Shown here in pieces: positions 10,557-21,076 of a DNA stretch of 64,000 nucleotides. The stretch's first letter is position 1, and every line of letters starts with the position of its first letter. The DNA lies in contig CAVUSO010000001.1 of NCBI GenBank assembly GCA_963744145.1, forward strand, positions 6,624,001-6,688,000, written 5' to 3'. Below the pieces are notes generated by a model. That model saw only the letters and a program-made list of their open reading frames with translations, did not search any database and was not told where the DNA came from. Source of the stretch: an uncultured cyanobacterium. Lineage in GTDB: Bacteria; Cyanobacteriota; Cyanobacteriia; Cyanobacteriales; CAWUOF01. The translations under genes and the position numbers were made by a program.

Positions 10557-10656
10557 TATTTTGCAGAGCGATCGCGATCGCCACTGCCCCTCTAGCCGCC
10601 TAACAACCTTGTTGCCACGGAACATACCTTCAAAGACAATTGAATTTGCTCTAATG

Positions 10657-11385
10657 TTACTGGTGATGTCGATTTTTCACAATTTGCAGAAAGTTATCAA
10701 ATAAAATTTTAGCTTCACGATTCATGATAGGCATTTGTTGACTGACTACTTGCTTCAAATGGTCACAACCAGTTAAGCCCAGCGTTGCTTCTAAATCTGC
10801 TCTATAAGCAGGAATTTGTACCCAATCTTCTACTGTTACATCAGTTACTTCGCTGTGAAATTGCAGCCCAAACGCATAATCTCCCACTGCATAGGATTGA
10901 ACTTTACACTGATCTGAGGAAGCAAGAAGTGTAGCTCCGATAGGTAATAGTTTTACTTCTTGACCATGCCACTGAAGTACCTTGAACGTTTGGGGTAATT
11001 GTTTCATGAGCGGGTGATTAGATCCAGTTGATGTCATAGTAACAGTCAGAAGACCTACTTCAGGGGCTGACATTGGTTTTACTTCTCCACCCAAAGCATC
11101 AGCTAGTAGTTGTGCTCCTAAACAAATACCTATGTAGGGTAGTTGGAAATCTTGAACAGCTTTTCGGATTAAAATCTTTTCCTCTACCAACCAGGGAAAT
11201 TCCGCTTCATCACTGACATTCATCGGACCACCCATTACCCATAGTGCTGCATAACCTTCCAAATTTGGGAAAACATCCCCTTTTTCAAGTTCTACCGTAT
11301 CTATGGCAATACCAATATCGTGGCAAAACTGTTCAAAGATTCCCATCCCTTCTACAACAACGTGCTTGATCACTAAAAATTTCAT
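10657..11385 (-). CDS. Type 1 glutamine amidotransferase-like protein
   Basis: MGGPM, GICLGAQL, LQFHSE. Confidence 0.9.
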   Translation of the reverse strand: MKFLVIKHVVVEGMGIFEQFCHDIGIAIDTVELEKGDVFPNLEGYAALWVMGGPMNVSDEAEFPWLVEEKILIRKAVQDFQLPYIGICLGAQLLADALGGEVKPMSAPEVGLLTVTMTSTGSNHPLMKQLPQTFKVLQWHGQEVKLLPIGATLLASSDQCKVQSYAVGDYAFGLQFHSEVTDVTVEDWVQIPAYRADLEATLGLTGCDHLKQVVSQQMPIMNREAKILFDNFLQIVKNRHHQ

Positions 11386-11389
11386 TCTT

Positions 11390-12055
11390 TCATGCTCCTC
11401 GATGATAATTAGTTAAGTTATTAGGCGCAGCAATATCAGAAGACAACTTAGGATCTGGAATTAGCACACCCGCAGTTAATTTAAGGGGCAATTGTCCAGC
11501 CCAGATTGGTAGCGCATAATCTTCAGCATTATCATGAGGCTCACCACTACGGATTTTGGCAGAGCCTTCTTCAATCGGGAATGCTAACACGGTTGTCCCT
11601 TTTACTTCCAGGGTTGTTGGTGTTCTAGCCTGCTCCCAACGTCCTGGAATAATATGCTCTGATAACACTTTCAGAGCGTGCATTTTCTCCTCTTCACTTT
11701 CGACCAAAGTGGCACGACCAAATAGTACCACTGATCGATAATTCATTGCATGGTGGAAAAGGGATCTGGCAATTACAATGCCATCTAATAAGGTTGCTGT
11801 TACACAAATATCAATCCCTTTTTCTAGGCTTTTTAGCATTCGACTAGCTGTTGAACCGTGGATGTAAAGGCGATCGCCATCTCGTCCATAGCCCATTGGA
11901 ATCACAAAAGGTTGGTTTTCTACCATAAATCCAACATGAACCACCAACGATTCATCCAGAATTTGGTTCACAATCGAGCGCTCATAATGCCCTAGTCGAG
12001 GACGAATCTTAATCTTACTTCGGTCAGTAGTTTGTAAAGTTTCTGTGTTAGACAC
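11390..12055 (-). CDS. Pyridoxamine 5'-phosphate oxidase-family flavin-binding protein
   Basis: LYIHGSTASRM, HHAMNYRSVV; divergent from the MocR regulator. Confidence 0.85.
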   Translation of the reverse strand: MSNTETLQTTDRSKIKIRPRLGHYERSIVNQILDESLVVHVGFMVENQPFVIPMGYGRDGDRLYIHGSTASRMLKSLEKGIDICVTATLLDGIVIARSLFHHAMNYRSVVLFGRATLVESEEEKMHALKVLSEHIIPGRWEQARTPTTLEVKGTTVLAFPIEEGSAKIRSGEPHDNAEDYALPIWAGQLPLKLTAGVLIPDPKLSSDIAAPNNLTNYHRGA

Positions 12056-13210
12056 AGGTGAATCTCCTAATTGAAATAGTTGTTATTGGGTTAAGATAAA
12101 CGACATATTGGTATGGTGCAATAGCCAATTTATAGATTTTATACCAGTCCAATTAGGAGTCAGATGGATTTAGTCATTTCCCTCAATCGCCAGTCGGTAA
12201 TTCCTCTATATCAGCAGCTTGTAGAGGAGCTACGACTTGCTGTGTTACAGAAACGACTTAAGCCAAACCAAAAATTACCACCAACCCGTGTTTTGGCTAA
12301 GTCCCTAGAAATCTCCCGTGCGACTGTTACCCAAAGCTATGAGCAGCTATTGAGTGAGGGATATTTTGAGGCTCGTTGTGGTTCAGGAACGTTTGTTTGT
12401 TCTCGACTACCTGAGGAATATCTAAAGCCAGAATCCGTCGCTCAAAGCAAATCAGAACTATCTGAATTACCGATCCTTTCTCGATTTGGCACAGATATTT
12501 TAGAGGTTAGTCAACTGGAAGTTGCAGAACCTGAAGATGAAATTAGTTTTCGGTTTGGTAGTCCTGCTGTTGAACAATTTCCGATTAAGTTATGGCGAAA
12601 ATTACTTTCTCGTCACTGTGATAATTCCTCTACATTATTGAACTATAGCCCTGATCCGGCTGGATATATGCCGCTCCGAATAGCGATCGCGGACTATCTA
12701 GGTCGCTCCCGTGCAGTACAATGCAGTGCAGAACAGGTCATTATTGTTAACGGTTCTCAACAAGCTTTAGATTTGATTGCGCGACTCACGCTCAATCCAG
12801 GGGATTGGGTAGCGATCGAAGACCCAGGTTATTTGGGTGCACGTAATTGTTTCAAAGGACAAGGAGCCAAATTACAACCAGTTATAGTTGATCCAGAAGG
12901 CTTAGATGTGGAATTTCTTAGCCAATTTCGCCAGTCATTCAAACTACTTTATGTCACACCATCTCATCAATTTCCAACTGGAGCAACGTTATCATTATCG
13001 CGCCGACTAGCACTACTGCAATGGGCACAGCAAAGGAAAACATTAATCTTAGAAGATGATTATGACAGTGAATACCGCTATGGCGATCGCCCCATACCAG
13101 CTTTACAAGGACTCGATCAACATAACACAGTGATATACGTGGGTACATTTTCCAAAATCCTTTTCCCATCCTTGCGGATTGGCTATTTAGTTGTACCTTC
13201 TGTATGGATA

Positions 13211-15118
13211 CAGCAATTCTCATTTTAAAAAAAATAGAGTATTAATCCCGATTTGGGAATTGAAAATATAGTACAAAATAACCAGTTTTTCAGGCAGAGG
13301 CAATGGCTAAAAAACAATTGGGTCAATATCTAAGTATAAATACTCAATAGAATCGAGGATGGCCTGACAACGAACGAGGGAAATCCAGTTTGATAGTTCG
13401 GTTTTTAGAATAGGGAATTCAAGGAAAATAAAAATTTATAATTGTGATCAGATGAGGTATAATCGGTGAGTTAAAAATCTGACAGCACGTTAAATTACTC
13501 AAACATGGCTCAAAAAGCAGCGACCCTAGAAATCCCTGAATTAATCGAATTTTTACGTCAACAATTACATGACTTACCTGATGAAAGGAAACCTGGAAAT
13601 AATACGAAATACCAGGTAGAAGATGCAGTGATGGCTGCATTTTCAATCTTTTTTACTCAGTCAGCATCTTTTTTAGACCATCAGCGGTTAATGAAAAGCA
13701 ATAAAGGAAAAGATAACGCAGAAAGTTTATTTTCAATTAAGAAAATTCCCTGTGATAATCAAATCAGAAATTTGTTAGATCCGGTGCCAGCAGCTACTAT
13801 ATTTATGGCTTTTCAAGAAGTCTATGAATGGTTAAATAAAAACGGAGTTTTGAAAAAGTTTCTCTACTTAGATGAAGAAATTTTAATGGCTTTAGATGGC
13901 ACCGAATATTTTTCATCACAGAAAATAAATTGTCCTCATTGTAACCGTCGTAATCATCGCAATGGAACTACCACTTATTTTCATAGCTGTGTTACACCTA
14001 TTGTAGTTTCTCCTAATCAAAACCAAGTGATTAGTTTAGCGCCAGAATTTATTAAAAACCTGGATGGTCATCAAAAACAAGATTGTGAAAATGCGGCGGT
14101 TAAAAGATGGTTGAATAAGAATCATCAAAATAAATATGGTTATCCTGTAACCCTTTTAGGGGATGACTTATATGCCCACCAACCTATTTGTGAATTAGCT
14201 CTAAAACAAGGATATAATTTTATTTTTGTTGGTCGAGAAACTTCGCATAAAACTTTATATGAATGGCTAGAGTTTTTAGAAAAAAGTGGAGAAGTTACTA
14301 CCATTAAAAAGCCCCAATGGGATGGGCGAAAAAATCTCCTGTATCGTTATCGCTATGCTAATAGAGTTCCCTTAAAAGATGAAGAATCAAGTCTCGAAGT
14401 TAATTGGTACGAAGTGACTGTTATTAATGAGGAAACACAGAAAATTATCTACCAAAATAATTGGATCACTAATCATAAAATCACTGAAAATAATATTGAA
14501 GAAATTGTCAAAGCTGGGCGCAGCAGATGGAAAGTTGAGAATGAAAGTAATAACGTTCTTAAAAATCACGGTTATAATTTAGAGCATAACTTTGGTCATG
14601 GTGAAAATCATTTGTGCGAGTTATTATTGTCTTTGAATTTACTAGCTTTTTTATTTCATACTGTTTTGGATTTAGTTAATTACATCTATCAAAAAGTTCG
14701 TGACCTATTAGTACGGGCGTATTGCCATACGCCCCTACTACTTTCTTTAAGGATATTCGGACCTTATTAAAATATTTATGGTTCAAAAATTGGTCAGATT
14801 TATTCTCATTTATTCTCACCGAGAATGTCCCATTAAAAAAACTAAATTCTAGTTGAAAAATATCAATATATTGAAAGAGGAAGGGTAGGGGCGTATTGCA
14901 ATACGCCCGTACTTTTTTATCAAAAAAAACCTAAAAAATGGGTGAGAATTTCATCTGGATGTATCAGTTGAAATCGATTTTTCATGGACAAATTTCTGAA
15001 AACTTGTCTATCTTCAGCGTCGGATGATAATTATCTGTCAAAAAATCATGCTTCGACACAAGTTCTCTATTTAAATAAGAGAATTTTCTCTGATTTTTTT
15101 TCAAAATGAGAATTGCTG
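13211..15118 (+). mobile_element. 1908-bp IS (ISNCY-like DDE)
   Basis: TIR CAGCAATTCTCATTTT / AAAATGAGAATTGCTG; 9-bp TSD GTATGGATA (13202-13210, 15119-15127). Confidence 0.92.
13505..14852 (+). pseudogene. DDE transposase, C-terminus frameshifted by a hairpin insertion at 14711-14738
   Basis: ALDGT, LGDDLY, GRSRWKVENE motifs; the native tail TFFKDIRTLLKYLWF... continues in another frame after the hairpin. Confidence 0.8.
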
Positions 15119-15628
15119 GTATGGATACCTGTAGTGAGTAGAGCTAAATGGTTGTGCGATCGACAATCTCCAACTTTAGAACAATACGCACTTACTGATT
15201 GCCTGATAGAGGGGTATTTTGAACGACACATTCGGAAGATGCGCCATCTCTATAATCATCGTCGTCAAGTTCTAGTGAATGCTCTTAAACATTATTTTGG
15301 CTCGCGAGTCATGATCTTGGGCGAAAATGCAGGCATTCATTTGATGGCAAAAATTGAGACAGTATTACCGGATGAAATTATCATTCAAAACGCTGCAATT
15401 AAAGGTGTTGGCTTGATTAGCGCACAAGGTTATTATTTGACTACTCCTAAAACGGGAGAGTTTATTTTCGGTTATGCCCAGCTAGATGAAACTCAGATCG
15501 AGCAAGGGATTCAAAAGTTGTCTCTGGTATGGAAGGAATAAAAACAAAATACTCAACATTAGCAAATTATAATAACAAATATTGATATACTGTTAAGTGC
15601 AGTATAAAATCTCAGAGGTTAAAAACTC

Positions 15629-15847
15629 ATGATGAAAAAAACCTTTGTAATTAGTATCTCTTCTGACATTATGGGTGGTACACCAGTCTTCACAGGAACC
15701 AGAGTTCCTATACAGACACTTTTGGACTATCTTAAAGCAGGAGAATCAATTAACGATTTCTTAGACGGATTTCCGACAGTAACGAGAGAGCAGGTGATTA
15801 CTTTACTGGAAGAAGCCGGAAAACAACTGATGGGCATTGCAGCCTAG
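15629..15847 (+). CDS. DUF433 antitoxin
   Basis: IMGGTPVFTGTRVPIQTLLDYL. Confidence 0.85.
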   Translation: MMKKTFVISISSDIMGGTPVFTGTRVPIQTLLDYLKAGESINDFLDGFPTVTREQVITLLEEAGKQLMGIAA

Positions 15848-15848
15848 G

Positions 15849-16118
15849 ATGAAGATTCTCTTAGACGAGTGCATCGATCGTAGACTAGCCAAAGAGTTTG
15901 TAGAACATGAGATCAGAATTGTTCCCCAAAAGTTTGAAGTTTTTATTACGGTTGATCGAAACTTATCTTTCCAGCAAAATCTACCACAGTTTGATATCGT
16001 CGTTATCGTGTTACAAGCGCCATCTAATCGTTTAGCAGATTTGAAACCTCTAATACCCAAAGTTTTAGCTCTTTTAGCTACAGTGGCAAAAGGACAAGCT
16101 TCGATCATCGGAACCTAA
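15849..16118 (+). CDS. DUF5615 PIN-like toxin, probably internally deleted
   Basis: MKILLDECID...FITVDRNL; looks short between IVPQ and KFEVF. Confidence 0.7.
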   Translation: MKILLDECIDRRLAKEFVEHEIRIVPQKFEVFITVDRNLSFQQNLPQFDIVVIVLQAPSNRLADLKPLIPKVLALLATVAKGQASIIGT

Positions 16119-16279
16119 TAAAGCTTCTGTTGTTTTCCTTGCAACCCACCAAAACCGCCTACACCAAAATCTCCCAGCGACTTCATGGGTAAGCTCCTCT
16201 CGGTGACAGCTTGTAAGATTAGCATTGCAAAAACGGATAGCTGTGACACACTAACCTATCCGTACTTGAATTACTGAAC

Positions 16280-16970
16280 TTAGGAAACTCCAGCGCCGAT
16301 GGATTGAATCATTACATCAGAATAATATCCCTTTGGCTTCAAGCCGACTGGCTTACCTCCATGCAGCATTCCTTGAATCTCTGGCTCAAAGAAGCTATAG
16401 GGAAATTGAGGCTCAGGACGACTGATTGCTTTAAGGCGATCGCTCAACTCTGTAGGAATCTCAAAATCTAATGCTTTGAGATTGTCCTCTAATTGCGATC
16501 GCTTCGTCGCCCCCACAATCACGCTCGCCACCCCCGGTCGATTCGCTGTCCAATTGATGGCAACTTGAGCCATACTTCGATCCAGTTCTTTGGCCACGTT
16601 TTCCAGTTCCGCCACAATTTTCCAGTTTCGCTCTGTAAATTTTTGAAAGGCTGGGTTTTGGCTGTCTTTGAGGGCTTCCAATCGTCCTTCTCCAGTAAAT
16701 GAACCCTGACTCGGTTTATATTTGCCGCTTAAAAGTCCGCTTGCTAAAGGGCTCCAGACCATTACCCCCATCCCAAGTTCCAAACCGAGTGGGACAAATT
16801 CCCGTTCAATGTTTCGTTCAACAAGAGAGTATTCCAGTTGCAGAGTATTAAGCGGTTCGTAACCACGCCACTGGGCAAGTGTTTGTGCTCTTGCGGCATA
16901 CCAAGCTGGTGTGTCACTCAATCCCACATACCGCACTTTACCAGATCGAACCAGATCATCAAGTGTTCGC
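16280..16970 (-). pseudogene. Aldo/keto reductase, 5'-truncated at the IS right end
   Basis: RTLDDLVRSGKVRYVGLSD, WSPLASGLLSGKY; the N-terminal part is absent. Confidence 0.85.
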
Positions 16971-18798
16971 TTGATACTCTCAGGTCTAAAGACACAGAGA
17001 TTCTTGAATAGTCCAGAATCTGTACGGGCGTATTGCAATACGCCCCTTCAAAGGCGCGTACAAAACACCTCTACTGATTTCACTCAGGCATAGCCTAAGA
17101 TTCACCGCTACTTTTCTTAAAATATTAGCCGCAGCATTCGCGTCTGCGTTGATTTTTATGCCATTAGAACTGACATACAAACCACGTTTAACTCTTTTTC
17201 CTGATGCTGTCCATTCTGTGGGTTTTTCACCATAACTTGGGATGGTATCAGCATCTAAAAAACTAGCTTTGCTGGTATAACTTTCTTCAGTTTCAAGAAA
17301 CTTAATGCCGTACAATGTACAAAGTTCTTGAAGTCTTGCTTTGAGTCTTGCCGTAGGGATTTGGTAGGGGCGTATTGCAATACGCCCGTACTGATTAGTT
17401 TTTTTACCTAACTCAATGCCATCTTTTTGTCCTTTGTTCCAACCAAAAACTAAAGTCCCTATCCCATTATTTAAACAGTGATTTATCACTAGCCGAGCGG
17501 CTTTGTTAATAGCATCCCTCATCTGTCTATTCCGTTTCTCAGTCATTGCTGCTAAACGATTAGACCAAAAACCTTGAGGTTTATTAGCTTTGAGTTTAGC
17601 TACTTGTTTGTTGTACCATTGATTGACTGACTTTAAGTGTTTGCCATCAATAATAAAACTTGTCCCTACATTACTAACGGCTGTCAACCAGTTATTTAAA
17701 CCGTGATCTAACCCTAAGCACTTATCTGGATCTAGGACTGGTTTTTCGACTAGGACTGGGTAGACAAACTCTGCATAAAAACAACCGTTTCTAGGAAGTA
17801 TTCTCACCTCTCTAATACCAATTCACCATGAAGATACATTGATGTATATTGATCTGTGGGTGAGGGTGGGTTTTGATGATTAGTAGGTAAATGTCAAACA
17901 TCTCGGTGAACCCGCCCCTACTACAAAAACCCGCAAATAGAGGATAAAATTGGTAGGGGCAGGTTCACCAGTTAATTCTGCCACCAACAGATCACCATTA
18001 TAAACCTGCCCTGGCCTAACAGATCAACCTCAGATTAAGTGCAATTTCATAGTTAATTGGTATAAGAGTGTGAAAGTCTAGGTTAGTTGGCATCGGCAAG
18101 AAAAACTCTTTGATCCCAAACCAAGCATTGATCTTCAATCCTAAAGGAAATCTAATCTTTCCATCAATCAGCCTGAGTGCCCGTTTGGGATAGGCAATTA
18201 ATTGATACCCTGGTTTTCGATAATTGGGTAGTTTTGGTTTAGTTTCAAGTTGACCATTTAGCCACAATCCCCGGTACGGGCGTATTGCAATACGCCCCTA
18301 GGGCAAAAGAGCTAATTGACTCCCCCACTGAGATACAAGTTTGCGTTGCGGCATCGGATGGAAGTGCAGAGAAATGTATATTTTTCGTAAGGGTTCTTAC
18401 TAGGTCAAACTTGGTGACATACCTTTGAGCTTTAAACCAGATTTGACGCGCATAGTAGGTAGCACAGTTGTGGAGTTTGTTAGACTCAGAACAAATAAAT
18501 TCAAGAATTGCTTTTAACTCTGGTTCAGCACTGATCAAATTTTGCTGAACACCTAACGGTATTTGGGGATTTTTTTCTGTTTTCTTTCTTTTAACCATTT
18601 TTTGTTTCTTTTTTTTCTAATCTTAACTATAGCTGATGTTTCACAAAAAGCAAGTCTTTGTGATCAAAATAATGTTAAGATTAAGAAATATTTTCAGGTG
18701 GTTAAAACCACTTGGGTCATTTACCTCTCAGGCTCGCCGTGAGCGGAGTCGAACGGTCTAAAGAACCTGAGTTTCCCACTTACCAGATGTTTTTTATG
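16971..18798 (-). mobile_element. tnpB: IS200/IS605-family (IS1341-type, tnpB-only) element, multiply disrupted
   Basis: TnpB pieces 18598-18245, 18267-18066 and 17812-16986 (GLDHGLNN, EESYTSKAS, NADANAAANI). Right end ...CTTTAGACCTGAGAGTATCAA; left-end hairpin CTCAGG...CCTGAG at ~18727-18771. The left boundary is approximate. Confidence 0.85.
17816..18062. mobile_element. 247-bp MITE with IS630-type ends, inserted in tnpB
   Basis: TACCAATT...AATTGGTA termini, TAA duplicated on both sides; excision restores FHTLREVRIL. Confidence 0.9.
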
Positions 18799-19052
18799 AT
18801 TCAACCACAAGTTCTTGGGGAGCAACGTTGTGAGCTTGAAAAATTGCTAAATCTTGCCGAGAAACCTGGGTATGATTTAATACTGGTTCGTTATTGATAG
18901 TGTGGTCTAGCTGCATTTCCGCTCCTAATGACCTGGGGCGTACAAGACTGATAACTGAATTTCTTCTAGGTCAACACTAAGGTTCTTAAAAGAGCAGTCG
19001 GCTTGTCAACATTCTAGGGCTTCTTTCGCAATCCAACCCACTAACCAACACC

Positions 19053-19763
19053 TTAATGTAACCGCCCACCTCCATCTACATCTAATATTGCTCCCGTCGT
19101 AAATCCATTCTTAATAAAGTAGGACACAGCTTGACCAATTTCATCGGGTTTTCCAACTCGCCCAACGGGTAGCTCTCCCCCCATCTGCTTGAAGAAATCT
19201 GCTTTCTGCTCAGGAGTCATCCAATCATAAACTGGAGTGTCAACTAATCCAGGAGAGAGAATATTCACACGCAGCGGAGCAAGCTCTTTTGCCATTGTGA
19301 ATGCCATTGCTTGAATCGCACCATTGACCGCTGCCACTCCAGTTGTGCCAGGAATGGCTGAACGGCTTGCCCCTCCAATCACAAATGTGATAGAACCATC
19401 CGCACGAATTTTGTTCAAAGCCGCTTGGCTACACAAAAAGAAACCATAAAACTTCTGGTCGAAGGCGACTTTTAGATCCTCCAATTTCAGGTCACGGAAA
19501 CTGCCCCACGCAGCTTTCCCACTTCCTACTAAAGCTAAGTGGTCAAAAGAACCAACTTGATCGAAGAAGGAGACAACTGAAGCATGATCTGTGAAATCAA
19601 GCGGAAAACCTACACTATTTCCCCCAATTTGAGACAGCGCCTTGTTGATCGTGTCTTGAGAACGACCCGAAATAACGACCTGAAATCCTTCGCTGCTGAG
19701 TAGTTGTGCAGTTGCCAGCCCCATTCCTGCTGTCCCGCCAATCACAATAACGGTTTCGCTCAC
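19053..19763 (-). CDS. Short-chain dehydrogenase/reductase
   Basis: GGTAGMG, RVNILSPGLVDT, DVDGG. Confidence 0.9.
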   Translation of the reverse strand: MSETVIVIGGTAGMGLATAQLLSSEGFQVVISGRSQDTINKALSQIGGNSVGFPLDFTDHASVVSFFDQVGSFDHLALVGSGKAAWGSFRDLKLEDLKVAFDQKFYGFFLCSQAALNKIRADGSITFVIGGASRSAIPGTTGVAAVNGAIQAMAFTMAKELAPLRVNILSPGLVDTPVYDWMTPEQKADFFKQMGGELPVGRVGKPDEIGQAVSYFIKNGFTTGAILDVDGGGRLH

Positions 19764-19881
19764 AATCAATCTCCTCTTTTCCAAGAAAAACCTCTACCAT
19801 TTTAGCTTGATCTCGAAACCACTGTCCCTGTCAGAATTCGCTGGAATGATGGGTTGGGCTGGATTTCCCGACGCTTACCCT

Positions 19882-20022
19882 TCAAGCCCGTAGGTTGATC
19901 AATCTATGTCCACCATCAGTTCTAACAGATTCGATTTTTCCATCCTTTTCCCATCGTCTGATCCTGTCCACGCTGACAGCTTTAAGTTCGGTCAGTTCCC
20001 CAATGCTTATTAATCTATCCAC
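19882..20022 (-). pseudogene. IS607-type TnpA N-terminal MerR-like HTH remnant
   Basis: Manual translation: MDRLISIGELTELKAVSVDRIRRWEKDGKIESVRTDGGHRLINLRA*; not in the ORF track. Confidence 0.65.
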
Positions 20023-20043
20023 CGTTTTACCGAGAATTTATCC

Positions 20044-20135
20044 GGCGTTGCTTAATCAGGGTATGAAAATCCTGTAGGGGCGTATGGCAATACGCCCCTA
20101 CAAATTATTTATTCATACCGTAAATCAGCAACGCC
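20044..20135. mobile_element. 92-bp MITE, same family as 8415-8505
   Basis: Same TIRs; 8-bp TSD ATTTATCC (20036-20043, 20136-20143); internal GTAGGGGCGTATGGCAATACGCCCCTAC. Confidence 0.92.
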
Positions 20136-20231
20136 ATTTATCCTTTTAATTCTAGGTAAGCCTAGGTATTTTCGCAACTGCAAACACCCTCAAGTACCCT
20201 CCAATAACTACCATTACCAATAACTGAAACT

Positions 20232-20307
20232 GTATAAAGTTCCCAATCACCCGCCGCAGACAACCTCGAATACTCCCAGATAACGGTGTGCATTGGGGTT
20301 GTTATGC
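20232..20307 (-). other. Degenerate integron attC-like site (copy at 28335-28410)
   Basis: Minus strand GCATAAC-aac-CCCAATgCACaCCG...CGGGTGATTGGG-aac-tTTATAC: paired arms with two extrahelical bases, directly 3' of the toxin gene. Confidence 0.55.
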
Positions 20308-20337
20308 CGCGCCGCTTACTGGCTCATCCTTGTGCAT

Positions 20338-20691
20338 CTATATCTCGTATCCTAGCGTTACTAACACTACTTCTTCTAATTGAGCAATTGTTTCAGCACT
20401 CAGTTGACTTAACCTCCGAATTAACCGAGTCTTATCCAGTACTCGAATTTGAAAACACAATGCAACTGAATCCTGTGATAATCCACCATCTCCCTGTTTG
20501 ATCAGCATACAAATTGGTAATGAGGCGCGACGCTGGTTCGTAGTTAAGGGGATGGCAATAGTTGTTGTTGAGAACTGAGAGACGATATCATTTTGAAAAA
20601 TGATGACAGGACGAACACCCGCTTGCTCAGAACCTTGAGTAGGATCAAGGTTTGCTAGCCAAACTTCCCCTCGTTTAAGCTGGTCGGTCAT
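20338..20691 (-). CDS. PemK/MazF-family toxin (copy 1)
   Basis: RGEVWLANLDPTQGSEQAGVRPVII, QIRVLDKTRL. Confidence 0.92.
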   Translation of the reverse strand: MTDQLKRGEVWLANLDPTQGSEQAGVRPVIIFQNDIVSQFSTTTIAIPLTTNQRRASLPICMLIKQGDGGLSQDSVALCFQIRVLDKTRLIRRLSQLSAETIAQLEEVVLVTLGYEI

Positions 20692-20924
20692 TACTGATCT
20701 TCCTGGGCAAGCATCACTCCATAATCACCCATTCCAGCTTCAGCAAGAGAACGGTCTTCTTCTGCAAACTCAGTTGCAAGGGAAGCCAACTGAACAGGAT
20801 CAAGAACGATACGGCGGCGTTTATCTCGAAATTTGAGAAAAGCAATGAAGTCAGCGACTTGTTGAAGTTGCTCGTTGGTGAGTTGATCGAGATCTTGCTT
20901 AAGAGCTTCGCTAGTGACTGGCAT
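20691..20924 (-). CDS. Putative antitoxin (copy 1)
   Basis: Small acidic ORF (QVADFIAFLK) coupled to the toxin by a 1-bp overlap. Confidence 0.8.
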   Translation of the reverse strand: MPVTSEALKQDLDQLTNEQLQQVADFIAFLKFRDKRRRIVLDPVQLASLATEFAEEDRSLAEAGMGDYGVMLAQEDQ

Positions 20925-21076
20925 ACTAACACAGTAAAAGGATTTTTAAGCTATTGCTCTATTGTAGATAATCCGCTTCCCCTATGTACCCCCTCTTTTT
21001 TCTCACTCTGCCATCAACCAGTGTTTCACTAACTACTTAATGGAACTTGACAACATCGTATTTAAACAACAACATC

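Larger units (their letters stand above)
12164..15541 (+). pseudogene. MocR/PdxR-family PLP-dependent regulator split by an IS
   Basis: GntR HTH plus aminotransferase motifs (YVTPSHQFPTG, EDDYDSEY, GTFSK). Removing 13211-15127 restores ...VVPSVWIPVVSRAKWLCDR... Confidence 0.9.
20186..20991. repeat. 806-bp direct repeat, copy 1 (TA module plus attC-like site)
   Basis: Near-identical to 28289-29094 (offset 8103; about 8 substitutions by eye). Confidence 0.95.

Noticed and set aside
16971..18798. Cas12-like effector
   Set aside because: Size, IS ends and absence of an array indicate ordinary, disrupted TnpB.
20286..20501. 71-aa ORF antisense to mazF, present in both repeat copies
   Set aside because: Its conservation is explained by the recent duplication; there is no independent coding evidence.
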